From the NCBI RefSeq assembly GCF_001194135.2, contig NC_068993.1, positions 46,729,743 through 46,793,742 on the forward strand: a stretch of DNA of 64,000 nucleotides, given 5' to 3'. The DNA comes from Octopus bimaculoides. Lineage: Eukaryota. The translations under genes and the position numbers were made by a program. Every line of letters begins with the position of its first letter. Positions within the stretch are counted from its first letter, which is position 1. Positions 49,119-60,328 of this stretch are shown piece by piece. The notes below the pieces were generated by a model. That model was not told where the DNA came from. It ran no database searches and saw only the letters and a list, made by a program, of their open reading frames with translations.

Positions 49119-49489
49119 TTTCTTACAGTTGTTTCAGTTGAAAGAAAAAAAAAGGAAAAACCAAAAGAAAACAATGCTAAATGATGAATACTACTCTATA
49201 TTCTCTTAGCATTCTCAGAACTTAACTGAATATGTCTAAGACCTTGTCTATGGTCTCTAAGCAAATGGATTTATTTATGCAGTTCATGCTCTTTTGCCAT
49301 TTATTATTTAACGCTTTGTTCTGTATTTCTGCAACTGTCTGTATACAACCCCACATATGAGGATCGGCATGATATTACACTGCCTCATGGTTGCTGTTTG
49401 TGGAGATCACCAGGGATTATAGATATATTATGTCCTAATGAATGGTTATTTGCTCTGCTATGACAGCAAAGCACACATGAAATATGTGA

Positions 49490-49568
<79 letters not shown>

Positions 49569-51198
49569 TGTATGTATGTGTGGTAAATCTTATCTGTACA
49601 GCTGGATGTATGACAGGTCTTAGTGAGTTTAGAGTTTCATCAAGAATATCATCATCACTCACAAGCTTATGTCATTCGTTCCCTACATATGTTTCGCCAT
49701 TGTAGTTGTTTGCATCCTCTGCAGTGGATGTTCCAAGTGCAACTGGATGCTGAACCACAACAGTTTATCAGGGGAATGCTTTCAATGACAAGTGAAATGA
49801 AATGTTCCTTACTTGAAACACAGACAAGGGTTAGCAGTGGGAAGAGCATCTGGCTGTAAAGACAATGCTTTCATGAAATGTATTCTTCTAACCCATGCTG
49901 GCATGGAAAGCAAATTTAAAGTGAATGAAAATACTATTAGTTTTGGATAGTTTGTTCTATTTATTAATTTTACCGTATAGTATTTATATATCATATGATA
50001 TTCTTTGGTCTGAAATTTGGTTGTGGAAGCATCTGTTTTCTTTCTGATTAGATAGTAAAAAAAAAAAAAAAAAAATTTTGGTTTGTAATTTATTAGAAAT
50101 CAGTTTTTCTTTGTTTCTTAGTTTTGCTTTGCCATTTTTGGGGTGGTGCTTACATTGCAAGAGAATGGCTATATTGTTTGCTATCCGTCTATCTCTTGTC
50201 TATGATAAGAATGGTACCTGATTGGCATTGGCTTATCTTTCTGATAACTGCATGTTTTTGTCTCTTTCTTCTGTTCATCTGTCTGTCTCTGAAATGCACA
50301 CACACACACATGCAGTGCCTTGAAAAAATGCATTCACTGCATTCTGTAAAATTTTTAGTGTTAAGAAGAGCAAGCATACAAACAGAGAAATCATGCTAAA
50401 ACTACAAAACTTGGTCTTCACATCTATCTAGGAAGACAGTAAATTGACATGAGAACTGACCTGCACTGCGATGACCTGTCCAACTCATGCCAGCATGAGA
50501 AGCCTATATAAAGTGAAGGTTATATCATCATTATCATTTAATGTTTGTCCCCCACCCACCCCAGCTGGCTGCTCAACAGTACCCAACAAGTCAGAGAACT
50601 GTGTTCTGTGTTGCTTGCTTTGTTATGGTTGCTGTGGCTGGATGCCCAGCCCAGCACACACACACACACACACACACTTTTAATTCATTTTGATTGCAAA
50701 GCATTACTGTATTTTCCAGCATACAAATCAATGTAGAATATAGTGTGAACATGTAAACATTCGAACACTGTCACTAACTTTTCAAATTCCACCTTTTTTC
50801 TCATGAAATATTTGGTTTGCCAAAGTCATCTTAGTGTCTTGGTTGACCTACCTTTTTTTTTTCTTTTTTTTAAATTTTGGTCTGAAAATCTTGGCTTGTA
50901 TGCCAAAACAAAAAAACAAAAACAAAAATACAGTGTTTGTGCATGTATCCATGTGTGTGACTACATAAATCCATATCATGATATATCACTACCCCTGTCT
51001 TTACTCACATCATCAGAAGTGTTCTTACATGCCAAACACCTCATGTGAAAACATGTGATATCATTCTGACAAATGTTTTCCTCAACTGATTTCTGGGTCA
51101 TTTCTGCCTGCCAGGACCCCCACAACTGCTGAACACAGCTTCCTAATTATCAACTTCATAACCCCNNNNNNNNNNNNNNNNNNNNNNNNNNCCCCCTC

Positions 51199-51427
51199 TT
51201 AACCCTTTAGCATTCAAATTACTTTGTCAAATACAATGCTTATTTATTCAAATTGGTTTAAATTAACCATGAAGTATCTTGTAGCTTTGAGATTTCAGTG
51301 ATGTGATTGTATGTCTTTATAGTGACATTGTAGGGCAGGTGTGAGTGGCCGAATCTGACCAGTTTGAACATAAAACATGCAGAATATATGGGCCCGATAT
51401 GACTAGCTTTAAATGCTAAAGGATTAA
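51199..51427. mobile_element. TTAA/CCC-terminal MITE family copy
   Basis: ttaaccctttagcatt ... aatgctaaaggattaa. Confidence 0.8.
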
Positions 51428-52014
51428 ACACACACACACACACACACGCACACACAGTTGGAGATTACTAATTTCAATTCCAACATGGTTACATTCATTA
51501 TCAAACTTTAGATTTTACCCGTGAATCATGATCTTTATGCAACATCTGAGTTTTGATAAAATTTTGGTTTACTTTTGTTTTCTTCTTTCCATCATTATTT
51601 TAGATTTTGTTTCCAATTGTCAGTATTCTTTATTAAAGTTCTTTTTTAAGTTTCCCATTCAATCATTATTTCTCTTGCCTCTTACAGAAATAATTATCAA
51701 CTATGATTCCATAACTCTTAAAGAAATTGTCAGGAGAGCTTTATATATAGATACATGCATACAGATACATAAAACACAAAGTCGTCCAGACATGACCACA
51801 TAGGTTGTGTATTCATTACATGTCATTCAGTCAAATTGATTGGTCTGTCATCTGCTTTTTATTGATTGCTTCTATCATCAGCTTATTGATTATGGCTACA
51901 GGTCATCGTGTGTTGTTAATACTCTTTTTCTTTTCGCACTTGGTAAGAGTCTTCATCGCAATTTCTGTTCTATTTCTCTCCTTCATCATAATTCTCTCCA
52001 TCTGATTTTTCAAG

Positions 52015-52137
52015 AGAAAGAAACTCTTAAAAGTTCAACCTTACCGCAAGCCTGTCTGGTGAAAATCCCAGCAGAAAATGGTGAAACTAAGCGCCTAGCT
52101 GCTCCTCTACTATCAAATGTGAAGACCCTCTCTGGAG
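52015..52137 (+). CDS. candidate 123-nt symmetric exon of MYCBP2
   Basis: pyrimidine-rich tract ending tttttcaag| and TCT GGA G|gtaaaa; open in phase 1 (EKETLKSSTLPQACLVKIPAENGETKRLAAPLLSNVKTLSG). Confidence 0.6.
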
Positions 52138-52525
52138 GTAAAAAAACTCTCTCTCGATCAATCTTCTTCCTCTCCCTTTTTTGACTTTCTGTTGCTGATT
52201 TTTCTCTCTTTATCACTCTCACTTTTATTCAGCTATTTAATTTTGTTCGCTCACTTGCTCTTTTTCTCATCATTACTGCTGCGATATCTGCTTATCGTAT
52301 TTTTGTGATATATTTTTTGAAGAATTCAATGTTCTGAAATGCAATTTAGTTGATCAATATACTTTTTTTTTATTTCACAAGAATTCACTAGCTTTGGTTG
52401 TTTATTTATTTATACATTTATTATATCTATCTATATATATATATTTATTTATTTTTCTTCACTCATTATGCACAGTTTTGGTTTAAATTTCGTTCATGCC
52501 TCTTGTATATTTTTGCCTTGTGCAG

Positions 52526-52540
52526 TGATTATATGGCTAA
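52526..52540 (+). CDS. candidate 15-nt microexon
   Basis: tatttttgccttgtgcag| TG ATT ATA TGG CTA A |gtgagt; strong sites on both sides, phase 1-1, TGC motifs in the acceptor region. Confidence 0.35.
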
Positions 52541-53381
52541 GTGAGTCTTATTTTATATCCTTGGATCTTTGAATATTTATTGATATAAAAAAAAAACAAA
52601 AAACAGAACATGTCTCCCTAAAACAAGAAGAAACCAAAAACCCCGCTCTTGTGTTGTATCCCAGTGATGTTCAATATTTTCCCAAATACTAAACAGAGAT
52701 TTGGTTGTTCATTTAGTTTTTAATTACTTAATTAGCTGCTGTTATGAACAGTTCACCCATATAAATATGATAATTCAAAAGAAATGGTATCTCCACAGCT
52801 TGCAATTTATCAATAATATTATTGATTACTATTATTATTGATATTTCAGTTTTTTTTTTTTTTTTTTTTTTGAAGCTACTTTTTACCTTTCTTTGGTTGT
52901 TTCATATTCTTTTCTGAATTTTTTCAGTCTACAGTGCATCATTTATGGGGTGTAAAAGGGGTACAGAGTTTAAGGTTGAAAGATATTTTGGTGGAAGAAT
53001 TTATTATAAAATTTATCAAATTTTCTGGCACTTTGTATGTTTTGTCCCTTTTTTTTTTTTTTTTGTTTCATGTGTGTGAATTGTTTTTAAAAATCTAATA
53101 TGATGTATTGGAAAAGGAACAGCGGAGAAAAATTAGTAAAAAAAAATTATTTTCTCTTAGAAGTATTTAAACCTGTTAAGCATATTTTATCTTATGGATC
53201 TCGTGATCAGTTGTATTGTGAGCTAAAATTGAGTTTCCAGTGTGGGGATTGACAACAGACTGCTTGCACTTGAGGTGGAATAACTACTAAAATGTGTTTT
53301 TTCTTGAAATGCCACTTTGTCATCATTCCTCTTGTTGATGTATATATCTTTAGCCTGATGCATTCAAATATATACATATTT

Positions 53382-53420
<39 letters not shown>

Positions 53421-54051
53421 GGCATGTTTGGTTTTACAAATGAAAGAAAGAGAACTCAATGTGTGAAGCAGGGTATAGTTAATCTGTCCTCAGTTGTATA
53501 ATTGCTATAGAAGGGACACAAAACCCTACAAATTCCTTTAAGTTACCTTTGAGAGGTGTCTTAGCTTGAAACTCTATGATCTAATGTCAACCTTGTAACA
53601 ATTCCAGTTAGTAAGAGAAAATCTGGTCAGCTATTCTTGCACCGACATGCAAATACACATGCACACACAAACCCTTTGCTCCTTATGAAGTATTAGCCAT
53701 TGCTGACCTTTCTCTACTGTTTTTGACTCAGGGCTTCCTTTTACTACTACTCTCCAATTAGATACTTGCCCTGCCTTGCAGCAAGAGAAGGCCTTCCTCT
53801 CTCAATTCTCATTGGTTTTGAAATTTGAAGTTTTCTGTAACTTTGCTTTTTTTTTCTTAGTAGGGATGGAGGCCCTATGCCAAAAAAACATGGACCGCCA
53901 CTCACTCTGAGAAGTGGTGGTCCATATTAATTTGGCCTCTATTCTTTGACCTGTCCAACATAAGAGGCTCTGTGCTCTGCTGGCATAGCTCTCTGGGTCA
54001 CTGAGGAAAACAAGCCTTTGCACTTCAATAAGGATTGGACCTTGTGGATAT

Positions 54052-54082
<31 letters not shown>

Positions 54083-54240
54083 NNNNNNNNNNNNNNNNNN
54101 NNNNNNNNNNNNNNNNNNNNNNNNNNNNNNNNNNNNNNNNNNNNNNNNNNNNNNNNNNNNNNNNNNNNNNNNNNNNNNNNNNNNNNNNNNNNNNNNNNNN
54201 NNNNNNNNNNNNNNNNNNNNNNNNNNNNTATACACACACA

Positions 54241-55527
54241 CAGGGTGTGGTGGATAAGTTGTCATCTAAATTATGCAAAAGGAAAATAACACTGACATCT
54301 CATTTTAACAGATATATTTACCAAAATTACATAAAAATATTTTGAAATACTTAAGAGTAAATTTATTCAATGAAATTGCCATGGCCTCCAGACAACTTCA
54401 GAATCTCTTGCAGCTCTTCTGGATGGTTTTCTTGGTTACGTTGGTCAATGCTGCCATAATCCTTGCCTTCAGTTCATCTTTGGTGTTACAAGGAGTTTTG
54501 TTGGTCTCTTGTCCAACTGTGCCCCACACATAATAATCAAGGAGGTTGCAGTCTTGGGACTTAGGTGGCCAGATGTTAAGGGTGATGTGGTCGCAGAAAT
54601 TGCTTGACAGCCATGACTGGGTTCTCCTGCTTGTGTGGCATGGTGCAGAGTCCTGTTGCCAGACATAGGCTCTTCCAGCAGCCAACCTCTTGACCCAATG
54701 CAGCAATACCTCTTCCAGGCACTTGATGTAGGCCTCTGTGTTGAGTCTAAGGCTGTGTGGGAAGATGAATGGAGGCATAACATCGCCATCACTAGTGATC
54801 ACTCCAGACACCATGATGTTGACTGGATGCTTGATTTTTATCCCTCTCAGTACATGTTTTGGGGACACGGAAAGCCAATGGTTGTTCTGTATGTTCACCA
54901 TCTAATGCTGGCAGAAATTTTTCTCATCTGAGAAAAACCAAAGCATGTTCGGTTGGAAGGGATGCTTGAGCTTGTTCAAAAGCTTCGAAGTGTTGTCTTT
55001 TCTCTTGGCCTTGATGGCTTGGGATAAAAATTGGCCCTTTCGCTTATTGTATAAGAAATACCAAATGTCTTCATGCACTACCTGTCTGATAAGTAACTCA
55101 GATATTCCTATTTCGCTGACGATGGACCTGAATGACTTGGTGGGATCATTGTCAATTGTGGCCAGGATCTCACCAACAAATTCAGTTCTTTTCTCATCAG
55201 AATGATCAGGGTGAGTTTTCCAAGCTGCCGTACCTTTGTAATCACCATTAGACTCATCCAACTCTTTCCGAATCCTCTGCATTGTCTTCAGATTGACACC
55301 CAAACACTCTGAAATGTTCATATTAGAGCTTCTGGCATGAATACCAAGCAGTATAGCATATTACTTCCAAATTTGTGGCAGAGTGAATTGCGTCATGGTG
55401 CTGTTTTTCTCCCAGACAGTGTCCAACTGACCCTACTATACTGTATAGTCGACAAAATCAAAAATGAACAATGCTCATGCATGAAATTAAAAATATAAAA
55501 TGGCAACAATTTACCCATTGCACTCTG
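54241..55527 (-). mobile_element. Tc1/mariner transposon of the DD37D (maT) type, about 1.29 kb, decayed
   Basis: imperfect TIRs cagggtgtggtggataagttgt / acaatttacccattgcactctg; transposase with FSDEKNF, QQDSAPCH and WPPKSQDCNLLDY motifs; 37 residues between the 2nd and 3rd catalytic D. Confidence 0.9.
54398..55396 (-). pseudogene. DD37D transposase pseudogene
   Basis: one reading frame from ATG at 55396 interrupted by TAA (about 55361-55363), TAG (54902-54904) and TGA (54398-54400); C-terminal tail apparently frameshifted. Confidence 0.85.
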
Positions 55528-56284
55528 TGTATATATCTTGAAGTATGTTTATCACCTAATAATAACTGAAAATTATACTCACAAGTTCACAGAAGCATGG
55601 CATGAATATCACATTGATGGTGCAATTTTTAAACTTTCTGATGAAATTCTCCATATTCTATGGACTTGGTGCTGTGTTAACAAGAAAAAACAGCTCATAA
55701 GCATATTATAGATTTTTTTTCAATTTTTTTCAGTTCGTGCAGAAGCTAATTTGCATATTGGTATTAATTTTCTTGGTTTTTGTTGTACTGTATGATTGCA
55801 TATGGTTTTTTTCACATATAAATGTATCCTTTGGTGTACCAAAGTTTAAAAAACAAAAATATTTGTGCTTCTTTGGAATTCAAGTTGTATGTATGTGTGT
55901 GTGTGTGTGCGTGTGTGTGTGTTAGACAGTGGATGGTGGAATTACCGAAGCATCTGTTCTTTACATTCTGAATTTAAATCATGCACAGGTGAGCTCTGTT
56001 TTATCTTTTCACAGCAGATAAAATAAATAAATATCAGGTAAAATTTAGATGGACGTAATTGATCATAATGTGGGAGATGTGCCCCAGCATGACCACAGTC
56101 TAATGACTGGATTCAGTAAAAGAATAGAGAAAATACAATGTCATGGTAATATAGAAGAAACTGTCACAATACAATTGACAAAACACTTTGGAGATGAATT
56201 TAGGAATAAACGTGGGGGAAAAGAATAAAATTGAGATAACAAAACGTGCTTGGAATAGCTTGTATTGAAATGTATTTTTGTATA

Positions 56285-56905
56285 CATAACAATTATTGGA
56301 ATTTGTGATGTGTTGTATTTTGTAGAACTAACAATTGCTGGAGTTTGTAAAGTGCATTTTGTAGATATAATTATTGAAGTTTGAAGTAAGATTATCTTGT
56401 AGACTTAACAATTCTTGGAGTTTGTAATGTGTTTTGAGAGCCTAACAACGGCTGGAGTTTATAATGCGTTTTGTAGAGCTAATGACTAATGGAGTGTGAA
56501 ACAAGATTACCTTGTAGGCTTAACTGCTGAAGTTTGTAATGGCTTTCTGAAAGCCTAACAACTGCTAGAGTTAGTAATATGTGTGTATTGTAGACCTAAC
56601 AACTGCTGGAGTCTGTATTGGTATTTTCAAAGCCTATTAGCTACTCAAGTTAATTAATCAGGTTGTTTTGTAGGCCTAACAATTGCGGGAGTTTGTAATA
56701 AGACGTGTACTTTGTGGACATGACAACTGCTGAAGTATGTTGTGAGATTGTTTTGTAAACCTTAACAGCTGCTGGAACTTGTAAAATATTTTGAAAGTCT
56801 AACAACTGCTGGAATTTGTTATGAGATTGTCTTGTGAACCTAACAGCTGCTGGAGTTTGTAAAGAAATATGTATTCCATAATACTAACAACTACTGGGGC
56901 TTTTC
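56285..56905 (+). repeat. degenerate ~40-45-bp minisatellite (TTGTAGACCTAACAACTGCTGGAGTTTGTAA...)
   Basis: roughly 14 diverged units, many containing CTAAC. Confidence 0.8.
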
Positions 56906-56907
56906 AG

Positions 56908-57054
56908 GTAAGATAAAAATGGATCGGGAGTCAAGTAAAAATCGTGACAAGTTGCAGGAGAAAGTTTCAACGAGCTCTAAGTCATCATCTTCTTCATCGT
57001 TGTTGTCATGTGGCCCATGTGGTATCAACCCTCATAGGCTAGCCTCTATTGTAG
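56908..57054 (+). CDS. candidate 147-nt symmetric exon of MYCBP2 (begins with GTAAG)
   Basis: TACTAAC at 56882-56888, ttttcag| acceptor, ATT GTA G|gtaagc donor; open in phase 1 (GKIKMDRESSKNRDKLQEKVSTSSKSSSSSSLLSCGPCGINPHRLASIV). Confidence 0.6.
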
Positions 57055-57944
57055 GTAAGCTCTCCTTTCTCGCTCTCTTCACTGCTCCTTGAGAATTTGT
57101 TTTTAGCTGAGGTTCTGCCACTCTTTTTCTTTCTTTTTATCTCTCTTGCGCTCTTTATATTTCTTTATACTTTTCTATACATATATATTGTTTTACCTCT
57201 CTCTCTCTCCATACCTCTCTATCTATCTGTCTATCTTCATACTTATCTATCTATCTATCTATCTTCATACTTATCTATCTATCTATCTATCTATCTACAT
57301 ACCTATCTATTTATCTGCTTCCATACCTCTCTCTCTCTATCTATCTATCTATCTATTCAACACCTCTGCCACTTCTTTTTGGAGCAAGATTACATGCATG
57401 ACACTGGAAAGTTGGATTATATACATATACGTGTCGTCATTGTTGTCGTTGGTCAATGTTTCAGATGTTGTTGCTATTGTTGTTGTCATTTCAATATCAG
57501 CAGAAGGACAGAAATGATTTATCACCAGCTTTATTTTCTTTTAAACAATTAGTTAAATATCCCTCTTCATTTTGAGCTCAAATACTACATCATTTGAGGA
57601 CATTGTTATGTTGCTCGGGTAAAAAAAACAAAAAAACTAATAATCATAATCGTGGGATTTATTCAGTTTCTTATACTTTTGATATGTCAGTGTTATTGGT
57701 GTTAAGCTCCTGTGAAGCACTGATTTGGCTGAGCTATGTATTCTAGCCTTGCCCATCATGTCATATTCATATAGACATACTATGTCTAGAACTACATTAC
57801 TGAGTACATCTTTCCTTTTCTTCTTGCAATATGCTAAAGTGTGATGTAAAAGAGATTTATGTGCTATATCTAGTTGATTAACCACAGACAGCTTTCCTCA
57901 ATATCAGTGTTCATTTTTAGTGTTTTAATTTTTAAATTTCTGAA

Positions 57945-58162
57945 GATGGTAACCTGGAAGAATAGTTAACATGCTGGACAAAATGCTTAGGGGCATTTCT
58001 TCTGACTTTATGTTCTGAGTTCAAATGCCACCAGGGTCGACTTTGCCTTTCATATTTTTGCGGTTGATAAAATAAGTAGCAGTTGAGTGCTGGGGTCGAT
58101 GTAATCAATTTACTCCTCTCCGAAATTTGTCTGGCCTTGTGCCAAAATTTGAAACCAATATT
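57945..58162 (+). mobile_element. tRNA-headed SINE (tail type B)
   Basis: head and core as above; tail ggccttgtgccaaaatttgaaaccaatatt. Confidence 0.75.
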
Positions 58163-58295
58163 TAAATTTACCCCCACTTTCTTTACATGTTTCTTTTCCT
58201 TCATTATATATTTTTTTTTTTGGGGGGGGGGGTTCAACTTCTTTAATCTGTATAAATACTGATATGTAGATTGGAGAAAAACTATTGTGTGTTGA

Positions 58296-58519
58296 TTAAC
58301 CCAGTAGCATTCAGATTATTCTGTCAAATGTAATACTTATTCAAATTGTTTTGAATTAATCATTTATTATCTTGTGGCTTCAAGATTTCGATGATATTAT
58401 AATTCATTTTTAGAATGAAATTGTAGGGTCAGTGTAAGATGTTGGATCAGGGCAATTTCAACATAAAAGAGGCAGAATATTTGGGCCAGGTATTGCTGGT
58501 TTAAATGCTAAAGGATTAA
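58296..58519. mobile_element. TTAA/CCC-terminal MITE family copy
   Basis: ttaacccagtagcatt ... aatgctaaaggattaa; similar to 51199-51427. Confidence 0.75.
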
Positions 58520-59786
58520 ACTTTAGCATTTAAAAATTATTAAATAATGCTTGAAAATAAGAACATGTACTAAACCTTGGCTCAAACTCCTTGCTTGCTC
58601 TTGATTTGTTATGTCACAGTTTTTAAACAGTAATACCATTGGTTAAAGGTTTCCGGTGGTCCAGTCACTGGTTCACTCCAATTCTGATTGTGAGAATGTG
58701 AAGGGAGGGGCTGTACTTGGTGGAATTCCTTTTTGAAGAATACTAGATTTTTGTTAATTATCACATCTGTCACAGGTATCTAATGAATTATACTAACTCA
58801 CAGACATAGTGTTTTGTGGTTATGGAGTTTGTTTCACAATCATAAGCATCTCTGTTCACTTTATTTCATGGTATCAGGTCGTGTACCTGAGCCCATGGTT
58901 ACCTCTATGAATCAGAGTGATGAGTTGCAAGCCTTCATGCAAAAAACAGCTTCTAAAATAAATATATGACAGTTGTAAGTACAGGGCACAATATAGTAGA
59001 CTAACTAAAATCTTTGGAGGTAGTGCTTTAGTATGGCTGTAATTGATGACTGAAACTAGTAAAAGAATAGTGTGTCATATATATATATGTATATCTGATG
59101 AAGCTATTGGGTAATACTCAAGCATTTCAAATATGAGTGCATTGCATCTTATAGCAGAAACAACTGTAAGCTAATGAAGTTCATAGCATAATTGTTTATG
59201 CCTTTGTCATCCCAATTTCTCATATATGTATATATATATAAATGTACTGTATTATATATCCATTACAGCTGATCTTACCTCTCAGTTTCGCACTAAGGGT
59301 TCAACAGAGTGTTAGGTAACAGTCCAGTTATGTAACCCTGTGCTCTTCAGAGGTAGCCATTATGGAATGATATATAAATATAAATATATATCCTAATAGT
59401 GTAATATCACTTGGTGACTGGCTTTTCTGACTGTATTTGACTTGATATGCTGTGTGTAGTAAACTGTATTTTGGTTCACTTTGTAAAATTTTACATATTT
59501 TTTATATATCTTATTTAATCTTTATTTTCTTTATTTCAACCTGCTTGCATCAAAGCTGCATGGCTATGTAAACAAACTTGGTACTATTTTTTTTTTTCTA
59601 ATGTTTAGTGTATCTACATTTTGGGAAGGTTATTAGTACATGTTGATAGATTTCGTACCGATGTTATTGCAGCTATTTTTGGTTCTTAAATATGTGTATG
59701 CATGCATACATATGTGTGTACATGTGTGTGTGTGTGTGTGTGTGTGTTTATATATACAAATGTGTATGGACATGCATATATATATT

Positions 59787-59834
<48 letters not shown>

Positions 59835-60282
59835 TAATGTTTGTTGTTTTTGTGTGTGTGTATATGTATGTTTTATTTTGCATTTTTCAAGTTGTTTTTA
59901 ACGTTGTCTCTCTTTTAGCTAATTACAATTTATAATATTCATAATTTTATTCCTTATTTCAATATTCTGTATTTGAATGTAATTTTGTTTTCTGAATTTT
60001 ATTGTAGAAATTTATTTTCAAAGGTGTTGAAATCTCAGTTGCTTACACAACATTGAGTGCATGGTTTTTTCAGTAATAGTTCTTGGTAGGATACCTTCCA
60101 GAGGAAACGCTCACATACATGTACACTCTCACTTGCATGCACACACAATAACAGGGTAGACATTCTCTATGAGGTGTGTATAGCTTTGTTTATAATTTTA
60201 AGGCCATACACACATTCTTAATCGTGCAAACATTTATGTTTATATATGTTTGTATTTATATATGTGTGCATATGTGTATGTA

Positions 60283-60328
<46 letters not shown>

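Noticed and set aside
49602-49622. Possible 21-nt symmetric microexon (acceptor tctgtacag, donor gtgagt)
   Set aside because: Poor pyrimidine tract directly after a (TATG)n microsatellite; compatible with chance and weaker than the listed candidates.
54902-54904. Rescue of the transposase TAG stop by A-to-I editing (UAG to UGG)
   Set aside because: Two other stops and a probable C-terminal frameshift remain, and the element is antisense to the host transcript.
58878-58970. Phase-1 acceptor followed by GRVPEPMVTSMNQSDELQAFMQK...*
   Set aside because: Weak donor, ends in a stop, and the region grades into a degenerate SINE tail.
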